From IMG/VR virus record IMGVR_UViG_3300021093_000007: a DNA stretch of 64,000 nucleotides; one strand, written 5' to 3'. Below, piece by piece: positions 23,814 through 32,700 of the stretch (positions are counted from its first letter, which is position 1; every line of letters begins with the position of its first letter). The stretch is from a virus. The translations under genes and the position numbers were made by a program. The notes under the pieces were generated by a model, which searched no databases, had not been told where the DNA came from, and worked only from the letters and a program-made list of their open reading frames with translations.

Positions 23814-24068
23814 ATGATCAAAACCATCATCCGCACCGCCATCCGCTCCCGCCTGATCAACGACGGACCCCTGACCTGCAGCGACCTTGTGCGCTCGTTT
23901 GGTCTTGACCCCCGCCGCCATAAGGGCACTATTCACGCCCTTATGGTCGATCTGGAAACGGATGGCGTTCTGAGTGCAACCCGTGCCGATAATGGCAAGC
24001 GGGATCTGTGGTTTGTTAACTTTGAGCAGATCCGCAAGCGTGACAGAATCGCCGCCGCCATGATGTGA
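23814..24068 (+). CDS. Winged helix-turn-helix protein
   Basis: GPLTCSDLVRSFG...KGTIHALMVDLETDGVL...LW pattern. Confidence 0.65.
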   Translation: MIKTIIRTAIRSRLINDGPLTCSDLVRSFGLDPRRHKGTIHALMVDLETDGVLSATRADNGKRDLWFVNFEQIRKRDRIAAAMM

Positions 24069-24125
24069 ATGATACAATCGGGGGGGACACAATCCCCCCT
24101 CTACGTTCACACTATCATCACCACA

Positions 24126-24296
24126 ATGAAATTCGCAACTTCTCTCTCAATCGCTGAATTCTTCTACCTCGGCGTTGATACTCAAGCGGGGAAAGATGAT
24201 GAGCAGTTTGGGTTATCAATCGGCAGATTCTACGTTGGTTTGTATAACAATGTCCTAAGCATTGGTATACTTGACGACAAAGGTTGCCTGCCCTGA
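24126..24296 (+). CDS. Hypothetical protein
   Basis: Last ORF before terminator. Confidence 0.65.
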   Translation: MKFATSLSIAEFFYLGVDTQAGKDDEQFGLSIGRFYVGLYNNVLSIGILDDKGCLP

Positions 24297-24306
24297 TTAA
24301 CACTTT

Positions 24307-24333
24307 GCCCCCTCATTCGTGAGGGGGTTTTTT
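24307..24333 (+). terminator. Intrinsic terminator ending the early region
   Basis: CCCCCTCA-TTCG-TGAGGGGG plus T-run. Confidence 0.9.
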
Positions 24334-24519
24334 ATACTTTCGTGCGGACACATCCATTCATCAGATCTCGTTATGACAGTTAATTCGTTCCATAAGTTAT
24401 ACTAATGCCGCGCCCTGCGCCGTATATAAAATCGTTAACTACCCTAACCTACAGAGGTGACAAATCGAGTGAGTGATTTCACTTTCATCTGAAAAATTTT
24501 TCAGAAAAAAATTTCCCAC

Positions 24520-25212
24520 TCAGGGTCCAACGATTCTCGGAGATGTCCAAGGGACATTATGAGGTTTATCAAGAATACAAAATTCAAAACGAATTACGAT
24601 TTTTTCTTCATCGTCTTTATATGGAATGTATTCACCAAACTTAGAATCTCTAAAGATAAACAGAGAGTTCTCTGCACCATCACTTTTATAATACTGAGAT
24701 TTATTATATTTTACAACGGTTCCGTTACCAATACTTGTATTCTTTAAATAATAAATTGCGGTGATAAATGTATCTTCGGGCCATAGGGAGTCTACACTTC
24801 TTTCTAAGTCACATATAGGTCTTCTTCTTTTATCTGCTAAAATTTTAATCGCCCAACAAGAATGTGGGAAGACTTGATATCCTGTAGATAAAATACTTTT
24901 ATGTTTCCATTTTGGTTTCAATAATTCTGGATAAACTAGTAAGAGATATTCTTTTACTTTTTCACATACTGTTTTACAAAAAGTATTCCAATATGGTTGA
25001 CAATAAGGATAGATGAGACTATCTGTTAAATGCAATCCATGACAATCCATGATACAGTTTGTGATTTGATATAGATCTGTTGCTTTGGCATTTGAATTAG
25101 AATTGAATTTAAAATGTTTATCACAACTCTCTAATAAGTCATCAATAGTTTTTGAGTCAAATACATCATAGCACTGATAGTATTTGTGATTAATGACTTT
25201 ATTTTTATACAT
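24520..25212 (-). CDS. Degenerate 2OG-Fe(II) oxygenase-fold protein
   Basis: CWA...ITAIYYL...GT...ENSLFIF...IVIRFEF; metal ligands not evident. Confidence 0.6.
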   Translation of the reverse strand: MYKNKVINHKYYQCYDVFDSKTIDDLLESCDKHFKFNSNSNAKATDLYQITNCIMDCHGLHLTDSLIYPYCQPYWNTFCKTVCEKVKEYLLLVYPELLKPKWKHKSILSTGYQVFPHSCWAIKILADKRRRPICDLERSVDSLWPEDTFITAIYYLKNTSIGNGTVVKYNKSQYYKSDGAENSLFIFRDSKFGEYIPYKDDEEKIVIRFEFCILDKPHNVPWTSPRIVGP

Positions 25213-25274
25213 GCTATAATCACAAAGGTATTACTAGTTATGCCATAAATACTTGGGAGTCAAGAGGATTTAAT

Positions 25275-25436
25275 ATGGACAAAGTTTATCACATCTACGA
25301 CAAAGATAACCATTGTATTGATGCTGTTCTCTCTGAAGATGAATTCATAGAGAAATGGAAAGAACTCAAAGGGAAGGAATTTGACTATGAGGAAGTCGAA
25401 GTAAATCGACAACTTATGGTAGAGTGTTCCTATTGA
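25275..25436 (+). CDS. Conserved cyanophage small protein (53 aa, not in ORF track)
   Basis: MDKVYHIYDKD..C....LSEDEF..KW; GAGG RBS; ATAAATA 25245. Confidence 0.75.
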   Translation: MDKVYHIYDKDNHCIDAVLSEDEFIEKWKELKGKEFDYEEVEVNRQLMVECSY

Positions 25437-25461
25437 CAAACTAAAGACTAAACGTTAGAAT
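25433..25461 (+). promoter_or_regulatory. sigma70 promoter
   Basis: TTGACA-17-TAGAAT. Confidence 0.75.
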
Positions 25462-25484
25462 TGACCTGATAAAACTTTTAAGAT

Positions 25485-26270
25485 ATGGCAAAAGGATTCA
25501 CTGTAAAAGCCACTGCTCCTACGCAACCTAAGGAGGATTGGGACTATGATGCAATTAGAGAGAGGATGCGAGGCAAGAGTATTGTCTTTTGTCTTCCAGG
25601 ACGTGGTTGTTCCTATCAATTTTTAAAATCATTTGTACAACTCTGTTTTGACCTTGTGCAGAATGGAATGAGTATTCAGATCTCTCAAGACTATTCTTCC
25701 ATGGTTAACTTTGCACGTTGCAAATGTCTTGGTGCAAACGTTCTTCGTGGACCAAAGCAAATTCCTTGGGATGGTAAACTGCAATATGATTACCAACTTT
25801 GGATTGATAATGACATTGTGTTCAACACAGAAAAATTCTGGCAATTGTGCGATCTCGCAGTACCTGGACCAGATAAAGACGGTATTCCTCAAGAAGAAAA
25901 AGAGATCGTTGCTGGATGGTATGCCACTGAAGATGGGGTAACAACCTCAGTTGCTCACTGGTTGGATGAGGATGACTTCCGTAAGAACGGTGGTGTTATG
26001 AATCATGAGACCACTGAATCTATGGCAAAGAGACGTAAACCATTCACCGTGGATTACACAGGTTTTGGTTGGGTTATGATTCGTAACGGTGTCTTTGAGC
26101 GTCTTGAGTATCCTTGGTTTGCTCCTAAGATGCAAGTCTTTGAATCTGGCGCAGTTCAGGATATGTGTGGAGAGGACGTATCGTTCTGTCTGGATGCCAA
26201 AGAGGCAGGCATTGAAACCTGGTGCGATCCACGGATTCGTGTTGGTCACGAGAAGACTCGTGTGATTTGA
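25485..26270 (+). CDS. Conserved cyanophage GT-A (family 2-like) glycosyltransferase
   Basis: LWIDNDIVF (DxD), TGFGW, GEDVSFC, VGHEK. Confidence 0.8.
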   Translation: MAKGFTVKATAPTQPKEDWDYDAIRERMRGKSIVFCLPGRGCSYQFLKSFVQLCFDLVQNGMSIQISQDYSSMVNFARCKCLGANVLRGPKQIPWDGKLQYDYQLWIDNDIVFNTEKFWQLCDLAVPGPDKDGIPQEEKEIVAGWYATEDGVTTSVAHWLDEDDFRKNGGVMNHETTESMAKRRKPFTVDYTGFGWVMIRNGVFERLEYPWFAPKMQVFESGAVQDMCGEDVSFCLDAKEAGIETWCDPRIRVGHEKTRVI

Positions 26271-26271
26271 T

Positions 26272-26442
26272 ATGAGTACCTCTGAGAAACTTTATAACGT
26301 GTGTTATAATGGTAGAGCATTATATAAGGATATGACTCTTGAAGACTGTACTGATATTCTTCAAGAGTTCTCTGAACGCTTTTTCTCGGGGGAAGATATC
26401 GACCCTAATTTAATTTCACTTGAACCATTATTTGAATCTTAA
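26272..26442 (+). CDS. Small hypothetical protein (56 aa)
   Basis: Fills operon gap. Confidence 0.7.
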   Translation: MSTSEKLYNVCYNGRALYKDMTLEDCTDILQEFSERFFSGEDIDPNLISLEPLFES

Positions 26443-26444
26443 CT

Positions 26445-26585
26445 ATGGCAAAAAGACCTTCACTGACTAATAAAATTGTTATTGAATCAAAACCCAAAAA
26501 AACTCGTCAAGGGACAGGTAAACATACTAAGTACGCCGCAACGTCTCGTAACGGGGCACGGAAGAGGTATAGAGGACAAGGTTAA
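26445..26585 (+). CDS. Small basic protein ending YRGQG (46 aa)
   Basis: PKKTRQG.G.HTKY...RKRYRGQG. Confidence 0.75.
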   Translation: MAKRPSLTNKIVIESKPKKTRQGTGKHTKYAATSRNGARKRYRGQG

Positions 26586-26591
26586 TATCTT

Positions 26592-26625
26592 AGAGTGCTT
26601 AAATAGTAATAAGCACTCTTTTTTA
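26592..26625 (+). terminator. Terminator hairpin with late promoter core (TTAAATA) at the stem/loop junction
   Basis: AGAGTGCTT-AAATAGTAAT-AAGCACTCT-TTTTT. Confidence 0.65.
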
Positions 26626-26626
26626 T

Positions 26627-27088
26627 ATGTTTTCAGATAAAGAGATATATATTTTAAATTGGATTAAAGAGGTATCTAAACTTAAACCAGAATTAAATGG
26701 TTTTGCAGTGTGTCCATTTGCATCTAATTCCAAATTTAAAATTATAGAGTGTCCAGCGGAGGAAGTATATCCAATTGATGGGTATCATGTTATCATTTTT
26801 ATTGTAGAAGACTACTTTAATTTGGATGCAGTTCAATTTTGGGTGGATCACCATAACTCAAAACATCCAAAATGGAAGTTTTTTGAAGACTGTGGTAATT
26901 ATAAGACGTATATAAAAGGAATTCAGACCAACAATGGTAAATATAACTTAATTTTAGCGCAACCAAAGGAAAAATTACAGGATTTTCGTAAAAAATTAGC
27001 AAGAACCTCTTATTATGACATGTGGAATGATGCATACTTGAGAGAAATTCTTGGTGATGACTACGAAATGGTCAAAAATTCGGGATAG
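26627..27088 (+). CDS. Conserved phage hypothetical protein
   Basis: LNGFAVCPFA...L.DFRKKL..T.YY..W. Confidence 0.8.
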   Translation: MFSDKEIYILNWIKEVSKLKPELNGFAVCPFASNSKFKIIECPAEEVYPIDGYHVIIFIVEDYFNLDAVQFWVDHHNSKHPKWKFFEDCGNYKTYIKGIQTNNGKYNLILAQPKEKLQDFRKKLARTSYYDMWNDAYLREILGDDYEMVKNSG

Positions 27089-27125
27089 CAACCCCGTAAA
27101 AAGTTCTGATTTAACAAATCAGGAG
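27081..27125 (+). ncRNA. Candidate cis-regulatory RNA (compact pseudoknot plus RBS-sequestering hairpin)
   Basis: CGGG-ATAGCAAC-CCCG-TAAAAA-GTTCT; CTGATTT-AAC-AAATCAG overlapping AGGAG. Confidence 0.45.
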
Positions 27126-27132
27126 CAAACAA

Positions 27133-27384
27133 ATGGGAAAACCAGCGGATCGTGATGTTAACTACATGTACAGCATGTGGGGAACAACTAGTTTAGTATC
27201 AGATTACAAATTATCTGAGGAAACTAAAGAAAAGAAGATGTTGCGAGAGATCGCAAATGATGATAAGACCCCTAAAAAACATGATTTTGAGGTTCAAAAT
27301 GAACTTCACGAAAAAATTCGCAATGACGAAGACTATGATGATTGGTCTTATGGCACTGAGCCAAATTGGGGGCACAAGTGGTAA
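27133..27384 (+). CDS. Conserved cyanophage hypothetical protein
   Basis: AGGAG RBS; MWGTTSL, HEKIRNDEDYDDW. Confidence 0.8.
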   Translation: MGKPADRDVNYMYSMWGTTSLVSDYKLSEETKEKKMLREIANDDKTPKKHDFEVQNELHEKIRNDEDYDDWSYGTEPNWGHKW

Positions 27385-27391
27385 AAACCAC

Positions 27392-27399
27392 TATAAATA
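27392..27399 (+). promoter_or_regulatory. T4 late promoter TATAAATA
   Basis: Consensus match upstream of g25. Confidence 0.85.
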
Positions 27400-27421
27400 A
27401 ATCATAATAATATTCAAAATA

Positions 27422-27823
27422 ATGCCGTTAGAGCGTATTAGTGTTGGATTTAGGGATATTAGTCTCTCGTTAAAGATCAATCCTTTAACGAGAGACTTAG
27501 CTGTTTTAAAGAATGAACAAGCTATCGCTCGATCAGTTCAAAATTTAGTTTTAACAATACGGGGAGAAAAGTTTTTTGAACCTTCTATAGGAACTGATGT
27601 AAATAAATTATTATTTGAAACTATTGATCTATTTACTGCTAGACGAATAGAAACCCAAATAACAGAAGTAATCAATCGGTTTGAACCAAGAGTAGAGTTA
27701 ATAGAAACGGTTATTACTCCAAACTATGATGAGGGGGCGATGGATGTTAAAATTACATATTTAATAGTTGGAATTGATGCCCTACCACAACGATTAGAAT
27801 TTGTATTATTACCAACTAGATAA
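27422..27823 (+). CDS. g25: Baseplate wedge subunit gp25
   Basis: AIARSVQNLVLT.RGEKFFEP.IG...FEPRV. Confidence 0.92.
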   Translation: MPLERISVGFRDISLSLKINPLTRDLAVLKNEQAIARSVQNLVLTIRGEKFFEPSIGTDVNKLLFETIDLFTARRIETQITEVINRFEPRVELIETVITPNYDEGAMDVKITYLIVGIDALPQRLEFVLLPTR

Positions 27824-29728
27824 ATGCCAATAGTTAACGTATCAGCACTAGATTTTAACGATATAAGAGAATCTATCAAAAGCTTTTTGAGAGCTGATGG
27901 TAGGTACACAGATTATGACTTTGATGGGTCTAATTTTAGTGTATTGCTAGACACTCTAGCATACAACACTTATATTACATCATATAATGCAAATATGTTG
28001 ACTAATGAAGTGTTTTTGGATGGAGCAACACTAAGAGAGAACGTAGTATCTCTTGCTAGAAATTTAGGTTATCTTCCAAGATCAGTTAGATCATCTAGAT
28101 CTAAAATATCTTTTTTTGTTGATATATCTGCATTTGCCTCCAACCCAATCACAATTACCTTAAAAAAAGGTATTGTTGCTACTTCAAACGTATCATTCTC
28201 AAATATAAATTATATTTACTCTATACCAGACGATGTTACAGTTCCTGTATCTGGTGGAATTGCAGAATTCCCGAATGTTGATATTTTTGAAGGATCATAT
28301 ATTGAAGATAGTTTTATTGTTGACAGTTTAAATAAAAACCAAAGATTTATTTTAAACAATGATAATATTGATACTAGCTTGATAAGAGTGATTATTAGAG
28401 AAAGTAAAAATAGTAATATTTCAAGAGTTTATAAATTTGCAGATAATTTAACTGCAGTTAAACCAACAGATGATGTATTTTTTCTAAATGAAATTGAGGA
28501 TCAAAGGTATGAATTAATCTTTGGTGATGGAACTTTTGGAAGTAAACTAAAAAATAATAATTTTATCATGGTTAGTTATGTAACTACAAATGGTTCAATT
28601 GCAAATGGTGTCCGAAATTTTTCTTTTGCTGGTAGATTAGCAGATAATAATGGAAGTCCTGTTACTGTTGATGAACCACTCTTAACAACACTTGAAGTAG
28701 CGGGATATGGAGCTGATATTGAATCTATCGCTTCTATTAAAAAATTAGCACCAAGAGTATACGCTTCTCAGAATAGAGCTGTCACAGCATCTGATTATGA
28801 ATCATTGATACCCCTAATTTATCCAGAAACTGAATCAGTATCTGTATTTGGTGGTGAAGAATTGAATCCACCAAAATTTGGAAAGGTTTATATTACGGTT
28901 AAACCAAAAAATGGTTCTTATTTACCAACTGCAATTAAAGATAATTTAAAAATCACTCTCAGAAAATACGCAGTCGCTGGAATTGTTCCTGAATTTATAG
29001 ATTTAAAATATCTTTACATTGAATATAATGCAAAAGTATATTATAACAGCAATCAAGGAACTCCAGAGTATTTAAAAAATCAAGTACAACAAACTTTAGA
29101 AAAGTTTGCTGCGTCTGATGAATTAAATGTATATGGATCTAGATTTAAATATAGTAAATTTTTAAAGTTAATAGATGACTCTGCGGTTGCAATTACCTCA
29201 AATATCACAACAATCCAAATGAGGAGAGATCTTAAAGTTAGATTAAGGCAATTTACGGAGTATGAAATTTGTTTTGGTAATGAATTTCATATAAAAAATC
29301 GTAGTGGATATAATTTTAAAACTTCTGGATTTACTGTAGATGGTATTACTGGAACCGTGTATCTGTCAGATCTTCCACATAATGAGGGATTTGGATCAGT
29401 ATTTCTCTTTAAATTGGATGCAAGTAATCAACCAGTCGTTGTTAGAAAGAATGTTGGGTCTATTGATTATAATAGAGGAGAAATAAAATTAAATGCTTTA
29501 AATATTTTAAATACAACTAAAAAATCTTTTGGTGATGATATTATTGAATTTTCTGCAATACCAAAATCCAATGATGTGATTGGAAAGCAAGATCTTTATT
29601 TACAACTAGATAATTCAAAATCAAATATTAATATAATTAATGATGTAATTTCTTCTGGAATTGACATCTCAGGATCACAATACATAGTATCATCTAGCTA
29701 CTTAAACGGCGAGTTTATAAGACTATAA
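27824..29728 (+). CDS. g6: Baseplate wedge subunit gp6
   Basis: LDFNDI..FTDYDFDGSN..LLDTLAYNT; QNRAVTASDY. Confidence 0.95.
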   Translation: MPIVNVSALDFNDIRESIKSFLRADGRYTDYDFDGSNFSVLLDTLAYNTYITSYNANMLTNEVFLDGATLRENVVSLARNLGYLPRSVRSSRSKISFFVDISAFASNPITITLKKGIVATSNVSFSNINYIYSIPDDVTVPVSGGIAEFPNVDIFEGSYIEDSFIVDSLNKNQRFILNNDNIDTSLIRVIIRESKNSNISRVYKFADNLTAVKPTDDVFFLNEIEDQRYELIFGDGTFGSKLKNNNFIMVSYVTTNGSIANGVRNFSFAGRLADNNGSPVTVDEPLLTTLEVAGYGADIESIASIKKLAPRVYASQNRAVTASDYESLIPLIYPETESVSVFGGEELNPPKFGKVYITVKPKNGSYLPTAIKDNLKITLRKYAVAGIVPEFIDLKYLYIEYNAKVYYNSNQGTPEYLKNQVQQTLEKFAASDELNVYGSRFKYSKFLKLIDDSAVAITSNITTIQMRRDLKVRLRQFTEYEICFGNEFHIKNRSGYNFKTSGFTVDGITGTVYLSDLPHNEGFGSVFLFKLDASNQPVVVRKNVGSIDYNRGEIKLNALNILNTTKKSFGDDIIEFSAIPKSNDVIGKQDLYLQLDNSKSNINIINDVISSGIDISGSQYIVSSSYLNGEFIRL

Positions 29729-29733
29729 AAAAT

Positions 29734-32700
29734 ATGAAGAACAGAGTTAATATCAAAAATTTAGTTTCTGATCAACTTCCTACTTTTGTCAGGGATGGAT
29801 ATCCAGAATTTGTAGAATTTTTAAAGGAATATTATGATTCTTTAGAGTTTCCTGGTGGTCCAGTAGACATCCTGAATAATATTGATCAATACACACAATT
29901 AAACAATATTACAGAATTAACATATTATACAAATCTAACAGAAGATACTGGTTACACTACTAACACAATTAAAGTTGAAAGTACGGATGGATTTCCACCC
30001 AATAATGGTCTTTTACAAATTAATGATGAGATTATTCTTTATGAATCTAAAACAATTGATACTTTTATCAATTGTAAGAGAGGATTTAGTGGAATTACTA
30101 CTTACAGAACTGCAAACTCAGATGCTTTAGAATTTGAAAAGACTCTTCGTTCACCACATACGTCTAATCAAATTGTATATAATTTACATGCGTTATTTTT
30201 AGTTGAACTTTATAAGAAATTTAAATACCAATATACTCCAGGTTTTGAAGATGTTCAGTTTTATGAAGATTTAAATGAAAAGGTATTAGTATCAAAATTA
30301 AAAGATTTTTATTCATCAAAAGGTGCCAATAGTTCTTTTGATATATTATTTAAATCTATTTGGGGTTCACCCGTACAAATTATTAAGCCTAGAGATTTTT
30401 TAATTCAACCATCTGATGCAGATTTTAGAATTACTAGGGATCTTGTAATTAAAAGACTATCTGGAAATCCAGAAGATTTGATCAATAGAACGTTATATCA
30501 GGATGAAACGAATACAATTCTAAAAGCGGTTGGATCTATTACCAACGTTGAAAAAATATTTAAAGATGGTGAAGAATATTTTAGATTAAGTTTGGATTAT
30601 AATCCAGAATTAGAAACTTTTAATTTTACTGTACACCCAAAAACAAAAATTACTAATCCTGTTGGATTAGGACAGACTTATCTTGATGTTGATTCAACAT
30701 TAAGTTTTACAGACTCTGGAACTCTTGTTGTATTTGACAATACCGTAGAATATAAATTTACTTACAACGGTAAAAGTTCAACACAATTTTTTGGTGTATC
30801 TTCTCCAGTTGCAATAGACTTAAACACAGATATAACAACTCCAGATTATGCTTATGCACTTACAAGTTCTAATGAGCAAATTAAAGTTAAAATTACTGGG
30901 GTACTTGGAGACCTAGAGTTTGATAGAGATTCATCTTATTACTATGAAATTGACGACCAGGTTGAGATTGTTTCTTTAGGAGCAGATAGTGAAGATCAAG
31001 TAAGAACGACGTGGATTAATAATGTAACACCAGAATATGAAATTGAACAAATTACTCAAGTTGCTTTAAAATTAAATGGAGCTGCTCAATATAGAATAAG
31101 AACTTTTGACCCTAATATATTTACTTTAGGTGATATTGGTACAATAAAAGGAAGTGATGGTAATCAATACAATATATTTGTTATAGCAGTGTCAAACAAA
31201 TATGAATTTGACGTTAATTTAACAACTAGAATTGATACAACTAATGTAAAATATTCAATTAGAAAGGGAATTTCAAAAACAAATAGTAATAATCAACCAG
31301 AAATTAATATTATTTCGGCAGACATACAAAATGTTTATACCGATGACGAAGATACTTATGTTGTATGCTCTTCGTTACCAAATTATTATAATACTCCTAT
31401 TATTGTTGAGGACTTATCTGTAATATTTACAGGGCAATATGATGGATTTGATCTTAACATTGGTTCAAACTCATTTATTAGTGGAGAAGCTGTATATTAT
31501 TCACGAAATAATAATATTGGTTTGAATATTGCAGAGGGGCCATATTTTGTATATAAAGTCAATTCTAGTACAATACGATTAGCTACAAGTAGATCAAATA
31601 TTAGAAGTGGTCAGTTTGTCTATGTTTTTGGTACAGTATTTAATAATAAACTTTCATTGTTAAAATATAATGATAGAAGATTACAAGCACAGGATTTAAT
31701 TAGAAAATTTTCTCCAAGTGTTGATGATGATATTGTTGAAAATAGAATTACAAAACCAGGAACACTAGGATTATTTTTAAATGGTGTAGAATTATTAAAT
31801 TATAAATCATCAGACACAATTTACTCTGGTCCTATTGAAGAAATTGTGGTTTCTTCAAATGGAGATTCAAATTATGATGTAATTGACCCCCCAATAATGC
31901 TCATATCCGATAATGTTGGTGCTGGTAACACTATTTTTGGTTCTGGTGCTGAGGGTATATGTAATGTGACTGGATCTTTGTCTAGAATTAATATTTTGGA
32001 TAAAGGTTTTGATTATACTGATGAACCAAAAATTACAATTTCAGGTGGAAACGGAACTGGAGCGGAAGCAAAGGCGAATTTATCTAGAATTATCCATTCA
32101 GTATCTTTTAATGCTGGTAGTTTATATGATCAGGTTAATTTAACGAATAATTCTATTGGATTTACAACATACCATAAATTTAGAAATTTTGAAAAAATAA
32201 TTTATAATTCACAAAATCAAACTAAAATTGGCAATCTGGTTGACGATGCGATTTATTTTGTCAACATAATTGATCCTGTTCGTATAAAATTACATAACAC
32301 TTTAGATGATGCCATTTCTGGTATTAATACTGTTACTTTTGGATCTTACGGAGAAGGTCTCCAAAAATTAACATCTACAGATAGAAAAAAAGTTATATCC
32401 TCAATTGAAGTAATTAATCCTGGAAAAGGATATAGCAATAAAACTTTATTCTTTAATGGTGACTCAATCAATTTATTTGATAATACAATTACAATTCTAA
32501 ATCATGGTTATTCAGAAAAAGAAACTATATTATTTGATACTGATGGAATTTTACCAGTAGGTCTTTCGACTAATTCTGAGTATTTTATTAATGTTATTAA
32601 TAAAAATACATTTAGAGTTGCTTCTGTTAACCCTGTAGGAGTTGGAAGCACAATATCAAATGATTATAATTATGTAAACAAAAGATTTATTGATTTTTCA

